The notes under the pieces were generated by a model. It worked only from the letters and a program-made list of their open reading frames with translations. It searched no databases and had not been told where the DNA came from. Both the position numbers and the translations under genes were made by a program. This document shows positions 27,756 to 36,969 of a DNA stretch of 64,000 nt, one piece after another (the stretch's first letter is position 1; the number at the start of each line of letters is the position of its first letter). Origin of the DNA: Ignavibacteria bacterium (lineage in GTDB: Bacteria; Bacteroidota; Ignavibacteria; Kapaibacteriales; UBA961); NCBI GenBank assembly GCA_016873735.1, contig VGWD01000011.1:51-64050 (forward strand), written 5' to 3'.

Positions 27756-28466
27756 ATGAACATGCAAGATAATGATATGGTGATTAAGCCCATTGGCTAT
27801 TTCCACTGTTCTGTTGATGCAAAACATAGAATTCCTCGTCAACCGGATACTGAACTTGGAATTGATGGCATCATCAAGCTTGAAAAAGGATATGATTTTG
27901 AGCAAGCATTGACTGATCTGCATATGTTCACACATATATGGGTGATATACGGATTTCACGAGGCAAAAGGATGGAAACCCATGGTATTGCCACCAAGAGG
28001 AGAGAAGAAACGGGGAGTGTTTGCAACAAGATCACCATATCGCCCAAATTCCATAGGCATATCCGTATTGAACATCAAGAGTATCACAGGTTTGAATATC
28101 GCTGTGAGCGGTACGGATTTACTGGATAAAACACCGGTTTTCGACATAAAACCGTATATCCCTTATGCTGATGCGCGGCATGATGCAAATGCAGGATGGC
28201 TGGATACATTGAATCACATAGAAACAGAAATCATGTTGTCTGAGGTTTTGTCACAAACACAGAATGATGAGGAAGTTGCCGAAATAATCAAACATGCCGA
28301 ACAAATCCTGAGAGATTCTGCCAAACCTCATCCATATAGAAGAATCAAGCATATTGAAGATGATCTCTATGAATTGGCCATCAAAGAATGGAGACTTTAT
28401 TATCGCATCATCAATGAAAGATGCGTGCGAATCGAGTCAATTTCTCAACCCGGCTCAATGAAATAA
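27756..28466 (+). CDS. trmO: tRNA (N6-threonylcarbamoyladenosine(37)-N6)-methyltransferase
   Basis: KPIGY, PRQP, GVFATRSPYRPNSIG, DLLDKTPVFDIKPYIP. Confidence 0.93.
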   Translation: MNMQDNDMVIKPIGYFHCSVDAKHRIPRQPDTELGIDGIIKLEKGYDFEQALTDLHMFTHIWVIYGFHEAKGWKPMVLPPRGEKKRGVFATRSPYRPNSIGISVLNIKSITGLNIAVSGTDLLDKTPVFDIKPYIPYADARHDANAGWLDTLNHIETEIMLSEVLSQTQNDEEVAEIIKHAEQILRDSAKPHPYRRIKHIEDDLYELAIKEWRLYYRIINERCVRIESISQPGSMK

Positions 28467-30208
28467 GTTTGCAGGATGCCTTTCCCCTTTACATGAATAG
28501 GCTCTCTTTTGACAATCATGAATGGGACGGGATGATCTTGAACGATTTCGGATTGTCTTTTCACAACCTCAATGAATTCCGTGCTTGCATGTACATGACC
28601 TGGTTCTGAATAGGTTTCCATTCTGCTTGCTGTATTCACGGCATCACCCCATAGATCATATGAGTATTTGTTTTCACCGATGATTCCTCCAACCACATTC
28701 CCACAGTGCAGACCAACCCTAAACCGCATCTTCTTCTTTTCTCCACTTATGATGATCTCTCTATGGATATTCATCATTTCCAAAGCTGCATAAATGGTCT
28801 TCAAGGCATGATGTTCAACCTTCACATGGGCCCCGCATACAGCCATATATGCATCACCTATTGTTTTGATCTTTTCGAGGCCATGTCGATTTGATATCTC
28901 ATCAAATTCCGTGAAAATAGAATCCATCAAATCGAGTAATTCTTCGGGATCCAATCCTTCTGAAATCTCCGTGAAACTTGCGATGTCAAGAAAGAGAACA
29001 CAAACGGACATGAATTTATCAAGTACCTTTTTTTCTCCCTGCAACAATCTTGCGATTACAGCAGGAGGCAATATATTTTCCAATATGGCGGTCCGCTCAG
29101 CAGCGGCAATACGTTCTTCTTCAAATTCTTTTTCTTGCAACAATTTTACCCGTTCTGTTTCAAGTTCTTGCACTTGTTTTTTTACATCGGCATTCAATAA
29201 GGCATTCTCGATTTGTACATGTAATTTAAAATGCTCCAAACTCTTTTTGTATTCACCGACATATTCCCACAAAGAGCTGAGATCTTTATGAATGAACATG
29301 AGTTTTTCTTTCATGTCATGTTCTGTGGCTATGTCGAGCGCTGTATGCAAATACTCTTTTGCTTTTTCAATATCCCGAAATGAACAGTCAGGCTCGCTGT
29401 AGATAATTCCGAGATTATTGAAATTCTGAATCAATAAAGAAACATGATGCATTTCTTCAGAAAGATGCAAACTCTGATTGGAGTATTCCAATGCTTTGTC
29501 AAAATTCTTGAGTTGCATGTACATGTGAGCAAGATTGGCCAGCAAGAGAGCCAGTAGACGCTTATCATTCAACTCTTTGAAAATTTCTATGGATTGCAGG
29601 ATATAGTCAAGCCCTTGTTCATTATTCCCCAAATTACTGTGACTAACCCCGAGATTGCAGAGTATGCGACCGATCAAATGTCTGTCTTGAATCTGCTCGG
29701 CCAATTCCAGAGCTGTTTGTTGATAATCCAGGGCAGATGCAAATTCCAACATTTGGCTATATGCATTGCCGATATGCATATAACTCAATGCGGTTTCATG
29801 GTCATTTTCTTGTTCTTCGGAAATCCCCAATGCTTTGAGATGATAATCAATGGCTTTTGTATAATCACTGTTTGATGCATATGACACACCGAGCTTATTG
29901 CAGAGCTCGGCGGTTTCCTTCATCATCCCCTTTTTTTCATAAATACTGCCACTTTTTCTGATGAATTCTATGGATTGTCTGAATAAAGCAAGTTCATTGC
30001 TGAGCATGCCGAGAAGTGCATAAATCTCAGCAATGAGTAATTGATTGTCGGAAAGTAGCGCGGATTCCAATGCTTGTTGAGCAATGGCACACGATTCTTC
30101 AAATGAAGCTTTGCTCTGAAGATCGAGTGCTTTATTCAGAAGTGTGCGAGCAGTAGACTCGGCCACCATCTGTTCTCCGAGTAACTGTTGCGATTCGTCC
30201 ATGTGCAT
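28445..30208 (-). CDS. TPR-repeat class III adenylate cyclase
   Basis: About 7 TPRs and a coiled coil, then VLFLDIASFT, EKIKTIGDAYM, YDLWGDAVNTASRME. Lys/Asp specifiers indicate ATP. Confidence 0.9.
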   Translation of the reverse strand: MHMDESQQLLGEQMVAESTARTLLNKALDLQSKASFEESCAIAQQALESALLSDNQLLIAEIYALLGMLSNELALFRQSIEFIRKSGSIYEKKGMMKETAELCNKLGVSYASNSDYTKAIDYHLKALGISEEQENDHETALSYMHIGNAYSQMLEFASALDYQQTALELAEQIQDRHLIGRILCNLGVSHSNLGNNEQGLDYILQSIEIFKELNDKRLLALLLANLAHMYMQLKNFDKALEYSNQSLHLSEEMHHVSLLIQNFNNLGIIYSEPDCSFRDIEKAKEYLHTALDIATEHDMKEKLMFIHKDLSSLWEYVGEYKKSLEHFKLHVQIENALLNADVKKQVQELETERVKLLQEKEFEEERIAAAERTAILENILPPAVIARLLQGEKKVLDKFMSVCVLFLDIASFTEISEGLDPEELLDLMDSIFTEFDEISNRHGLEKIKTIGDAYMAVCGAHVKVEHHALKTIYAALEMMNIHREIIISGEKKKMRFRVGLHCGNVVGGIIGENKYSYDLWGDAVNTASRMETYSEPGHVHASTEFIEVVKRQSEIVQDHPVPFMIVKREPIHVKGKGILQTYFIEPG

Positions 30209-30234
30209 GAAATATATTTGTGAAACGATATGGC

Positions 30235-31182
30235 TTAGGGCCTTGTCCCCAAACGAATATTGGCATTCAAGCCATGTTCGTGAATTTTAAGCAGAAGTTC
30301 ATTCACTCTTTGCAATGTGGTGTCTATAGACTTGGACGTAGTTTTGTCATAGAAGAGTTTATTGATAAAACTACCATTCGTCTTGATATCAGACATCATG
30401 CCTTTTGTTTCTTTTGTCAAGTCCGTGACACCGGCAAGTGCGGTATCGGTTTTTGCCATTAGGCGTTGTCCGCTACCTGCCAATGAATCAAGCTTCGTTA
30501 ATATTGACCTCATTTTTGGTTCATTGGTTGAAACGGCATTTTTTGCATCCTTTGCAAGATCACTGAGATCACGAATCAACATTCGCATATTCTCTTTATT
30601 GTCTCCCATCAATGCATTGAGTGTTGTCATCAATTCATCCGCATTCTTGATGGTATTGCGTAATTGTTTTACGACTACACCATCAGATAGCAATGCATTG
30701 GCTTGCGAAAGCACTGTGTCCAATCGTTTCACGGTTACTTTGGCATTTGTTCCCAAATCCCCCATCATAACGATGAGTTCGGTTGCATCAGCAGTGATTG
30801 TACCGGCAATTGGTTTGGAATTATCAATGATTCCTGATTCTTTTCCGGGGATGATGTCTATCTTTTTTCCACCCGTGATTTCCAACATGCTGATGCGTGC
30901 CTCAGCATCCGGATGTATATCTGAGATTTCATCGATTGAGCCAATGATGGAAACATCGCCATTCACATTGTCTATGGAAATCACAGAACCGCGTTTTACT
31001 CCATTGATGAACATCGGAGCTCCGATCTCTATACCGCCGGAAGATGGAAATGTAAATGAAAGAGTGGTTTGAGAAACACCCACGATTAATCCCTTGCCCA
31101 CAGTGATTCCTGCAATGAGGACTATGAGAGACAGGAGAGCGACGATCCCGACTCGAATCTCCTTTTTTCTGTCTGTATTCAT
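30235..31182 (-). CDS. MlaD/MCE family protein
   Basis: KEIRVG + TM, GIEIGAP..INGV..G.V MCE domain, long helical tail. Start moved to ATG 31182. Confidence 0.9.
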   Translation of the reverse strand: MNTDRKKEIRVGIVALLSLIVLIAGITVGKGLIVGVSQTTLSFTFPSSGGIEIGAPMFINGVKRGSVISIDNVNGDVSIIGSIDEISDIHPDAEARISMLEITGGKKIDIIPGKESGIIDNSKPIAGTITADATELIVMMGDLGTNAKVTVKRLDTVLSQANALLSDGVVVKQLRNTIKNADELMTTLNALMGDNKENMRMLIRDLSDLAKDAKNAVSTNEPKMRSILTKLDSLAGSGQRLMAKTDTALAGVTDLTKETKGMMSDIKTNGSFINKLFYDKTTSKSIDTTLQRVNELLLKIHEHGLNANIRLGTRP

Positions 31183-31358
31183 GATATGGGAAGTCCTCTT
31201 GGGTTTGAGTGAATGCCGCAATGCAAATTTACCGTAATTTTCAACAGTAGCAAACTCATGGCTAATGATGACCATCTTTTCTGCATGCCTCCCTTTATGC
31301 CTCCTTTTTTTATAATTTGTACGCAAATTCATCGATATAAACAGTTAATCGGCTCTTC

Positions 31359-32303
31359 ATGAAAGCATTGTTATCCTTAATGCTCACTGCTTTGGCGGTT
31401 TTTTCCCAAATTTCTGCACAACCTTTTCTGAATAGAGAATTCTTTACCATTCCGAAAGCCATCAGTTTGCAAAAGTATATCGGTAATGACATATCCGATG
31501 TGGATATTGCCAAGACCGGAATAGGCATTATGTGGGATTTCTCAGAAATTTCACTGGAAATGCTTGATGTTGTGTATGATCTTCAATCATTTCCAGATCC
31601 TGATGCCAGATTCACAAACAATACATTTCGAATGATTGCAAAGGAAGGAGGAAGCACTTCTTCCGCTGTGGAAGTGTACTCTCTAATGGATGGCCTATTA
31701 CTGTTTCGTGGTTTGGGGATAATTGATGATAATGGAAGACTCGAATTGGACATATTCAATTCGCCATTCAAATTAATGCGATTTCCTTGGTTCATCGGAG
31801 AATCATTCTTTGAAGATCATCAATTTAGATCGAGCACAAGAACGCTTTCCGCTAAAGGAGTATTGATATTGCCGGGTGAACAGGGGAAGCAGGCATATAA
31901 ATTTACGGAGACATTTTCCGAAGGGAACACCGATTTCGTTGAACATTCATGGTTCATTGATTCAATACCATACCCTATCATCACCATTCGTGATGCATTC
32001 TTAAAAGAAGATTCAAGTTTATTGTCGCGCTCTATAGATGTATTTAAACAAAAAAATGCGATGTCTATTGAAACAGATGAATCAAATGGCCAAGAATTCT
32101 TGCCACATTATGCACATGGATACATTCATATTCCCAAAGGAATCACCTTGCAACATATCTTCAATTTGCATGGTGAAAGGATTCCGTTTGAACAAGTAAC
32201 TGAAGGACAGTTTCTCTTTTCTCAATCATCACGAACATTGTTCATTGTATATCTCAATGCGCAACAGCAAATTCGAACACAGATCATTCAGGTAATACAA
32301 TGA
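31359..32303 (+). CDS. Secreted hypothetical protein with degenerate T9SS-like C-terminal domain
   Basis: Signal peptide ending SA-Q; C-terminal IFNLHGE...LFIVY..QIIQVIQ. Confidence 0.7.
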   Translation: MKALLSLMLTALAVFSQISAQPFLNREFFTIPKAISLQKYIGNDISDVDIAKTGIGIMWDFSEISLEMLDVVYDLQSFPDPDARFTNNTFRMIAKEGGSTSSAVEVYSLMDGLLLFRGLGIIDDNGRLELDIFNSPFKLMRFPWFIGESFFEDHQFRSSTRTLSAKGVLILPGEQGKQAYKFTETFSEGNTDFVEHSWFIDSIPYPIITIRDAFLKEDSSLLSRSIDVFKQKNAMSIETDESNGQEFLPHYAHGYIHIPKGITLQHIFNLHGERIPFEQVTEGQFLFSQSSRTLFIVYLNAQQQIRTQIIQVIQ

Positions 32304-33697
32304 AGAATGTTTTGTTGATATTGTTATGTACATGCTTTACAACCGTATTGGCACAACCTCCGGGGATATCATACTCTTATGAATATCCCTATAAGGATGG
32401 TATTCCCTTTCATCGCTATAAAGAACGAAGAACCGCACTAAAGCAAACGCATTCTCCAAAATCCATTATTCTGTCACTATCTGCTGATATCAGAAATCGA
32501 CAAAATGATGTGGATCACCCTTATCGACAGAACAGCAACTTCCTCTATTTGACCGGTATGCCATATGCGAAGTCCGCTTTGATCATAGCTCCCGGTGGAA
32601 TTGAACATGAGGGTACTGTTTTTCATGAGTTTTTCTTCGTACAACATCGAAACACTGAAAAAGAAGTCTGGGAAGGTGCATTGATGGGTATTGATGAGGC
32701 AGCTATGCTGAAGATTGAACGCATATTGCCATATGCAGATTTACGTTCATTCATCATGAAGAATCTCAAAGGAATTGATACACTTTATATTACCGGTTTA
32801 CCATCTGCATCCGTTCCCATTCCATTGGCTGAAAAGCCAATGTCAATTGAAAAAATCATCAAAGATGATATTCAGTCGACTTATCCGGAACTGTATGTAA
32901 AAACCACATTACCAAGTTTGAATGCACTTCGGGAAATAAAAGACTCAGATGAATTGCAATTGATGAAGAAAGCAATTGATATCAGCATGGAAGGTCATAC
33001 TCTTGCGATGAAAGAAAGTTATCCCGGTATCACTGAATATGAACTTGAAGCATTGATGGAATTTGCATTCAAAAAAGGTGGAGCCGAGGATATTGGATAT
33101 TCCTCTATCATGGCCTCTGGATACAATGCATGTATTTTACATTATACCTCCAATCGCAAAGCAACTCTTCATGGCGATTTGGTTTTGGCTGATTGTGGTG
33201 CCGAATATCAAAATTACACAGCGGACATCACAAGAACATTTCCTGTGAGCGGAACATTCACAGCAGATCAAAAAACACTGTATGATATTGTTCTCGAAGC
33301 TGCTGATTCAGCCATCAGCGAAGCAAAAGTCGGCAATCCGTTCCGTGCTCCTCATAATGCCGCAAGAAAAGTGTTGCTCAAACGCATGATGGAAGTTGAC
33401 CTTATTGAAAAAGAAGAGCAATTGAAGTGGTATTTCATGCATGGAACTTCGCATTATCTCGGTCTTGATGTCCATGATCCGGGCACGATGGGAACACTCA
33501 AAAATGGATCAATCATCACTGTTGAGCCGGGAATATACATCCCTCCCGGAAGTCCTTGTGATAAACGATGGTGGAATATTGGCATCAGAATAGAGGATGA
33601 TATTCTCATCACTCAGGATGGGCCTGTTAATCTATCTGCCAATCTGCCAAGGACAACGAATGCCATTGAGATACTTATGAAAGCAAAAAACAAGTAA
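32300..33697 (+). CDS. pepP: Xaa-Pro aminopeptidase (M24B) with signal peptide
   Basis: YRQNSNFLYLTG, LHY, D.GAEY..YTADITRT, HYLGLDVHD, EPGIY, GIRIEDD. Confidence 0.92.
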   Translation: MKNVLLILLCTCFTTVLAQPPGISYSYEYPYKDGIPFHRYKERRTALKQTHSPKSIILSLSADIRNRQNDVDHPYRQNSNFLYLTGMPYAKSALIIAPGGIEHEGTVFHEFFFVQHRNTEKEVWEGALMGIDEAAMLKIERILPYADLRSFIMKNLKGIDTLYITGLPSASVPIPLAEKPMSIEKIIKDDIQSTYPELYVKTTLPSLNALREIKDSDELQLMKKAIDISMEGHTLAMKESYPGITEYELEALMEFAFKKGGAEDIGYSSIMASGYNACILHYTSNRKATLHGDLVLADCGAEYQNYTADITRTFPVSGTFTADQKTLYDIVLEAADSAISEAKVGNPFRAPHNAARKVLLKRMMEVDLIEKEEQLKWYFMHGTSHYLGLDVHDPGTMGTLKNGSIITVEPGIYIPPGSPCDKRWWNIGIRIEDDILITQDGPVNLSANLPRTTNAIEILMKAKNK

Positions 33698-33748
33698 TTC
33701 AAGGATTGTTCGTCAAATGATCCTGAATTGCATTATGGGAATAGAAAC

Positions 33749-34165
33749 ATGATTGAATATAAAGTCAATAAAGAAGAATTACATACCCTGCTGAAAGCAC
33801 TAGGGATATTGAAAGATGAAGAGCATCTATTACTTGTCAATAATATTGAAATGCGTGATCCTTCAGCAGAAATGATTAGTATTCTTGTTGACACTGTGAA
33901 GAATGGGAACATGTATAAAGTATCATTTGAAGATTTGACTGAAAAAGAATTGGGTACCGTAGTTTCGCAGCTGTATGCGATCGAGCAATTCCTTCTTAAA
34001 GAGTTCATGCAAGTGCATAAACATATCACGAGAGGGCAAGAAGAGTTGAAGAAACGAAATGCCGGTTGCGATGTTAATAAAGATGGCATCCCGATTAATG
34101 TGGATCAACAAATGAGTGAATTTTTGCAGACTATCCTGAACAGACATCGCTCAGATGAATCATGA
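33749..34165 (+). CDS. Hypothetical protein
   Basis: Fills the gap between genes with normal composition; no family recognised. Start moved to ATG 33749. Confidence 0.65.
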   Translation: MIEYKVNKEELHTLLKALGILKDEEHLLLVNNIEMRDPSAEMISILVDTVKNGNMYKVSFEDLTEKELGTVVSQLYAIEQFLLKEFMQVHKHITRGQEELKKRNAGCDVNKDGIPINVDQQMSEFLQTILNRHRSDES

Positions 34166-35530
34166 AGTCTGATTGTTCTTGACCAATGAACCAAGTATCG
34201 GTGGAGTAACGAATGTCGTGAGCATGATGACAACAACAATTACTGAATATTCAGTAATATCAACGACACCCAATGCTCTTCCTACAGATGCAAAAATCAA
34301 TCCTACTTCTCCTCTTGGTACCATTCCCCAGCCAATCAACCAATGATTGACTCCCTTCCCTGCAAAAAATCCTGAAGCAAGTTTACCAATGATGGCAATT
34401 CCTGTCAGCACAAGAGCAGTGACCAAGGTTTGACCATTCAAGAACACAGACACATCAACCGCCAAACCTGTCATGACAAAAAAGATGGGTGACAAAAATT
34501 GTCCAATGGGTTCAATGATATGCTCAATATGTTTTTCATGATGCTCCTCGGCAATGATCTGAACCTTTTCTTGCACTTGTTTATCGGCATCTCCAACGGC
34601 ACGTTTGAACTCTGAAACATATCCTGGTTCTTGAAAATATTTGAAATGTACCGAGTCCAACATCAACCCTGCAGTAAAAGCGCCAACAATCGGTGCAAGT
34701 CCTATCATGTGAGCAATATAGGCGAAAGCAAAACCAACGGATAATGCAAATCCAAGTTTCATGGCGGAACTGGGATTCAATATTGACAACCATTTGCTCA
34801 GGGGTTTTGCAATCATTCCACCGATGATTGTTCCACCTGCCAATAATGCGATGGACAAACCAATTGTCTGAACTATCTGCATCATAGAAACAGTCCCAGT
34901 CTGAACAATGGAACTAACTATTGCCAGTAGAACAAGACCCATTACATCATCTATGACAGCAGCTCCCAAAACAATTCGTGCCTCTTTTGAATGCAGCATT
35001 GAAAAATCTTTGAATACCCTTGCGGTTATCCCTACAGAAGTTGCCGATAAAGTTGCCCCAAGAAACAAGTAGGCATGTTCGGTCAAACCGGGCATAAGCA
35101 TTGGCCCGGCAATGTAACGACCAAGTACAAAAGGTAATAATACTCCGACGCTTGCCACAAGCAATGCATTGAATCCGACTTTCTTCATGTCATGTACATT
35201 GGACTCCAAGCCAACTTGAAACAACAGAATAACAACACCCATTTCAGCAAGAAAATGCAAATATTCATTGCTTTTCATACCTTCAAAAAAAGGTACATTG
35301 ATCAATATCATATTACCAATAATGGCTCCGGCTATAAGCTCGCCCAACACTGCAGGCTGACCATACTTCTCCACGAATCCACCCAATCTGGCCACAAGCA
35401 ATGCAATCACAATCCAAAGAAAAGTCTGCGGTATGATATCAACACTCCCATTCGAAGCAAAAATCTGTTGATAGGAGAAAACAATGAATGCGGATGGAAG
35501 TAAAATCTTTTGTATCAAATTGAGTTTCAT
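34160..35530 (-). CDS. Cation:proton antiporter (CPA2, NapA/KefB-like)
   Basis: QPAVLGEL..G, LLFQVGLE, ATSVGIT, AAVIDD, GMVPRGEVGLIFA. Confidence 0.95.
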   Translation of the reverse strand: MKLNLIQKILLPSAFIVFSYQQIFASNGSVDIIPQTFLWIVIALLVARLGGFVEKYGQPAVLGELIAGAIIGNMILINVPFFEGMKSNEYLHFLAEMGVVILLFQVGLESNVHDMKKVGFNALLVASVGVLLPFVLGRYIAGPMLMPGLTEHAYLFLGATLSATSVGITARVFKDFSMLHSKEARIVLGAAVIDDVMGLVLLAIVSSIVQTGTVSMMQIVQTIGLSIALLAGGTIIGGMIAKPLSKWLSILNPSSAMKLGFALSVGFAFAYIAHMIGLAPIVGAFTAGLMLDSVHFKYFQEPGYVSEFKRAVGDADKQVQEKVQIIAEEHHEKHIEHIIEPIGQFLSPIFFVMTGLAVDVSVFLNGQTLVTALVLTGIAIIGKLASGFFAGKGVNHWLIGWGMVPRGEVGLIFASVGRALGVVDITEYSVIVVVIMLTTFVTPPILGSLVKNNQTS

Positions 35531-35575
35531 AGTAATGTCTATGTTTGCTGAATGAACCGTTGCTTTCTTTAGGCA

Positions 35576-35609
35576 TAAAAAAAACCGTTACGAAAGAACG
35601 GTTTTATTT
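35576..35609 (-). terminator. Intrinsic terminator
   Basis: AAAACCGTT-ACGAAAG-AACGGTTTT with flanking A/T tracts. Confidence 0.8.
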
Positions 35610-35625
35610 ACGAGATCAATTGACC

Positions 35626-36096
35626 TCAACGAGAGACATAAAATTTTTCTGCCAGTCGAAAATTATCACCTTGTACAATGCACATGTAAATTCCATTGGG
35701 AATTCCCTGAACATTGATGTCGAACATTTTGGATCTACCCGCAAATTCACCGCCTTGATGAACATCAATCACTTTCTTTCCAAGCAAATTGAATATACCG
35801 ATTGTTAAATTTTGTTGATTATCCGCGATGTCCAATTCCAATTGATATACGCCACTTGAACCTTCACGAATTCCAATGACGCGGTTATTCTTGGAAGTAT
35901 CAACAATAGCCCTACGAATTGCATTTGAAGCGGAATCTCGGCCGGGCATAAACATGCCGCCGGTCATGATTTTTTTGGAATAAATGGCCGCTATCTTGGC
36001 TTGCTGCTGTTTCCCATTGCCCAAAGCATGAATCGATTCACTATTGGCAAAGCTCAGAAGTGCAAAGAGAATATATGCGAGTAAATGTATCTTCAT
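35626..36096 (-). CDS. Small T9SS type A sorting-domain protein
   Basis: Signal peptide; IGIFNLLGKKV...IPNGIYMC...EKFYVSR C-terminal domain. Confidence 0.85.
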   Translation of the reverse strand: MKIHLLAYILFALLSFANSESIHALGNGKQQQAKIAAIYSKKIMTGGMFMPGRDSASNAIRRAIVDTSKNNRVIGIREGSSGVYQLELDIADNQQNLTIGIFNLLGKKVIDVHQGGEFAGRSKMFDINVQGIPNGIYMCIVQGDNFRLAEKFYVSR

Positions 36097-36372
36097 GATA
36101 TTTAGCTGTTTTCAGTTTCTTGAATATAGCACTTTATCTTTTATCTTCAGTGTCATAAATCGACAAAGAAAAATACGTACATGGCAATTGAAATGATACC
36201 TTTAGCGAAGCAAAAATTGTGCCCAAGCACTATTCTAACTAGATAAGGGTAAATTTTAGTATTTTTGCCATCAAATAGAATCAGTGTAATGTCAAAATGT
36301 TATGAAAACCTGACATTCTGTGTGAAGAACGCAGTATATTTGTCAAAAGTTACAGTCAATTTGGAATTATTG

Positions 36373-36960
36373 ATGTCTTCTATCAAAACGGTTTGTGTGT
36401 ATTGTGCTTCAAGCGACCATTGTAAGCCAATTTTTCTGGATTCGGCCTTTACTTTGGGAGGCAATTTGGCTCGGGAAGGTGTGGAAATAGTTTATGGGGG
36501 CGGAAGCACCGGACTTATGGGTAAACTTGCGGACGGAGCGATAGCCGAGAAAGGTCATGTCATAGGAATCATACCCCAATTTATGCAAAACTTGGAATGG
36601 GGTCATAAAGGTATTTCTATCTTGGAAGAAGTTGAAGACATGCATACGAGAAAATTTCTGATGATGAAAAAATCCGATGGTATAGTTGCATTACCGGGTG
36701 GTTGCGGCACATTGGAAGAATTACTTGAAGCGATTACATGGAAGAGATTGGGACTTGCACATCAACCTATTGTCATAGCGAATATTGATGGTTTTTATGA
36801 TGATTTGATTGCCATGCTAAACAAAACCGTTAATGAACAGTTCATGCGTAAAGAGCATTTAAAAATGTGGCATGTGGTTCATTCTGTCGAAGATATTCTT
36901 CCAACATTGCGATCAATCGATCCTTGGCCTCTAAATGCGATTGATTATGCCAAAGTATAA
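36373..36960 (+). CDS. LOG family (TIGR00730) nucleotide phosphoribohydrolase
   Basis: VCVYCASS, VYGGG..GLMG, MHTRK, PGGCGTLEE. Start moved to ATG 36373; TATATTTG at 36335. Confidence 0.95.
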   Translation: MSSIKTVCVYCASSDHCKPIFLDSAFTLGGNLAREGVEIVYGGGSTGLMGKLADGAIAEKGHVIGIIPQFMQNLEWGHKGISILEEVEDMHTRKFLMMKKSDGIVALPGGCGTLEELLEAITWKRLGLAHQPIVIANIDGFYDDLIAMLNKTVNEQFMRKEHLKMWHVVHSVEDILPTLRSIDPWPLNAIDYAKV

Positions 36961-36969
36961 GCTATAAAC

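Noticed and set aside
16011..28466. tsaD and trmO as a t6A/m6t6A modification cluster
   Set aside because: They are over 10 kb apart on opposite strands with unrelated genes between.
28230..28466. RelE/ParE toxin-like tail on TrmO (YELAIKEWRLYYRI)
   Set aside because: To my knowledge the TrmO C-terminal domain is already described as RelE-like in fold, and no antitoxin is adjacent.
30362..31072. 236-aa antisense ORF, and similar shadow ORFs at 6075-6548, 8090-8572 and 57717-58214
   Set aside because: They lie opposite well-supported genes with Ser/Ile/Pro-rich composition typical of antisense frames.
36285..36353. Pho-box-like TGTCA/TGTTA repeats upstream of LOG
   Set aside because: Spacing is not the 11-bp period expected for PhoB/OmpR boxes.
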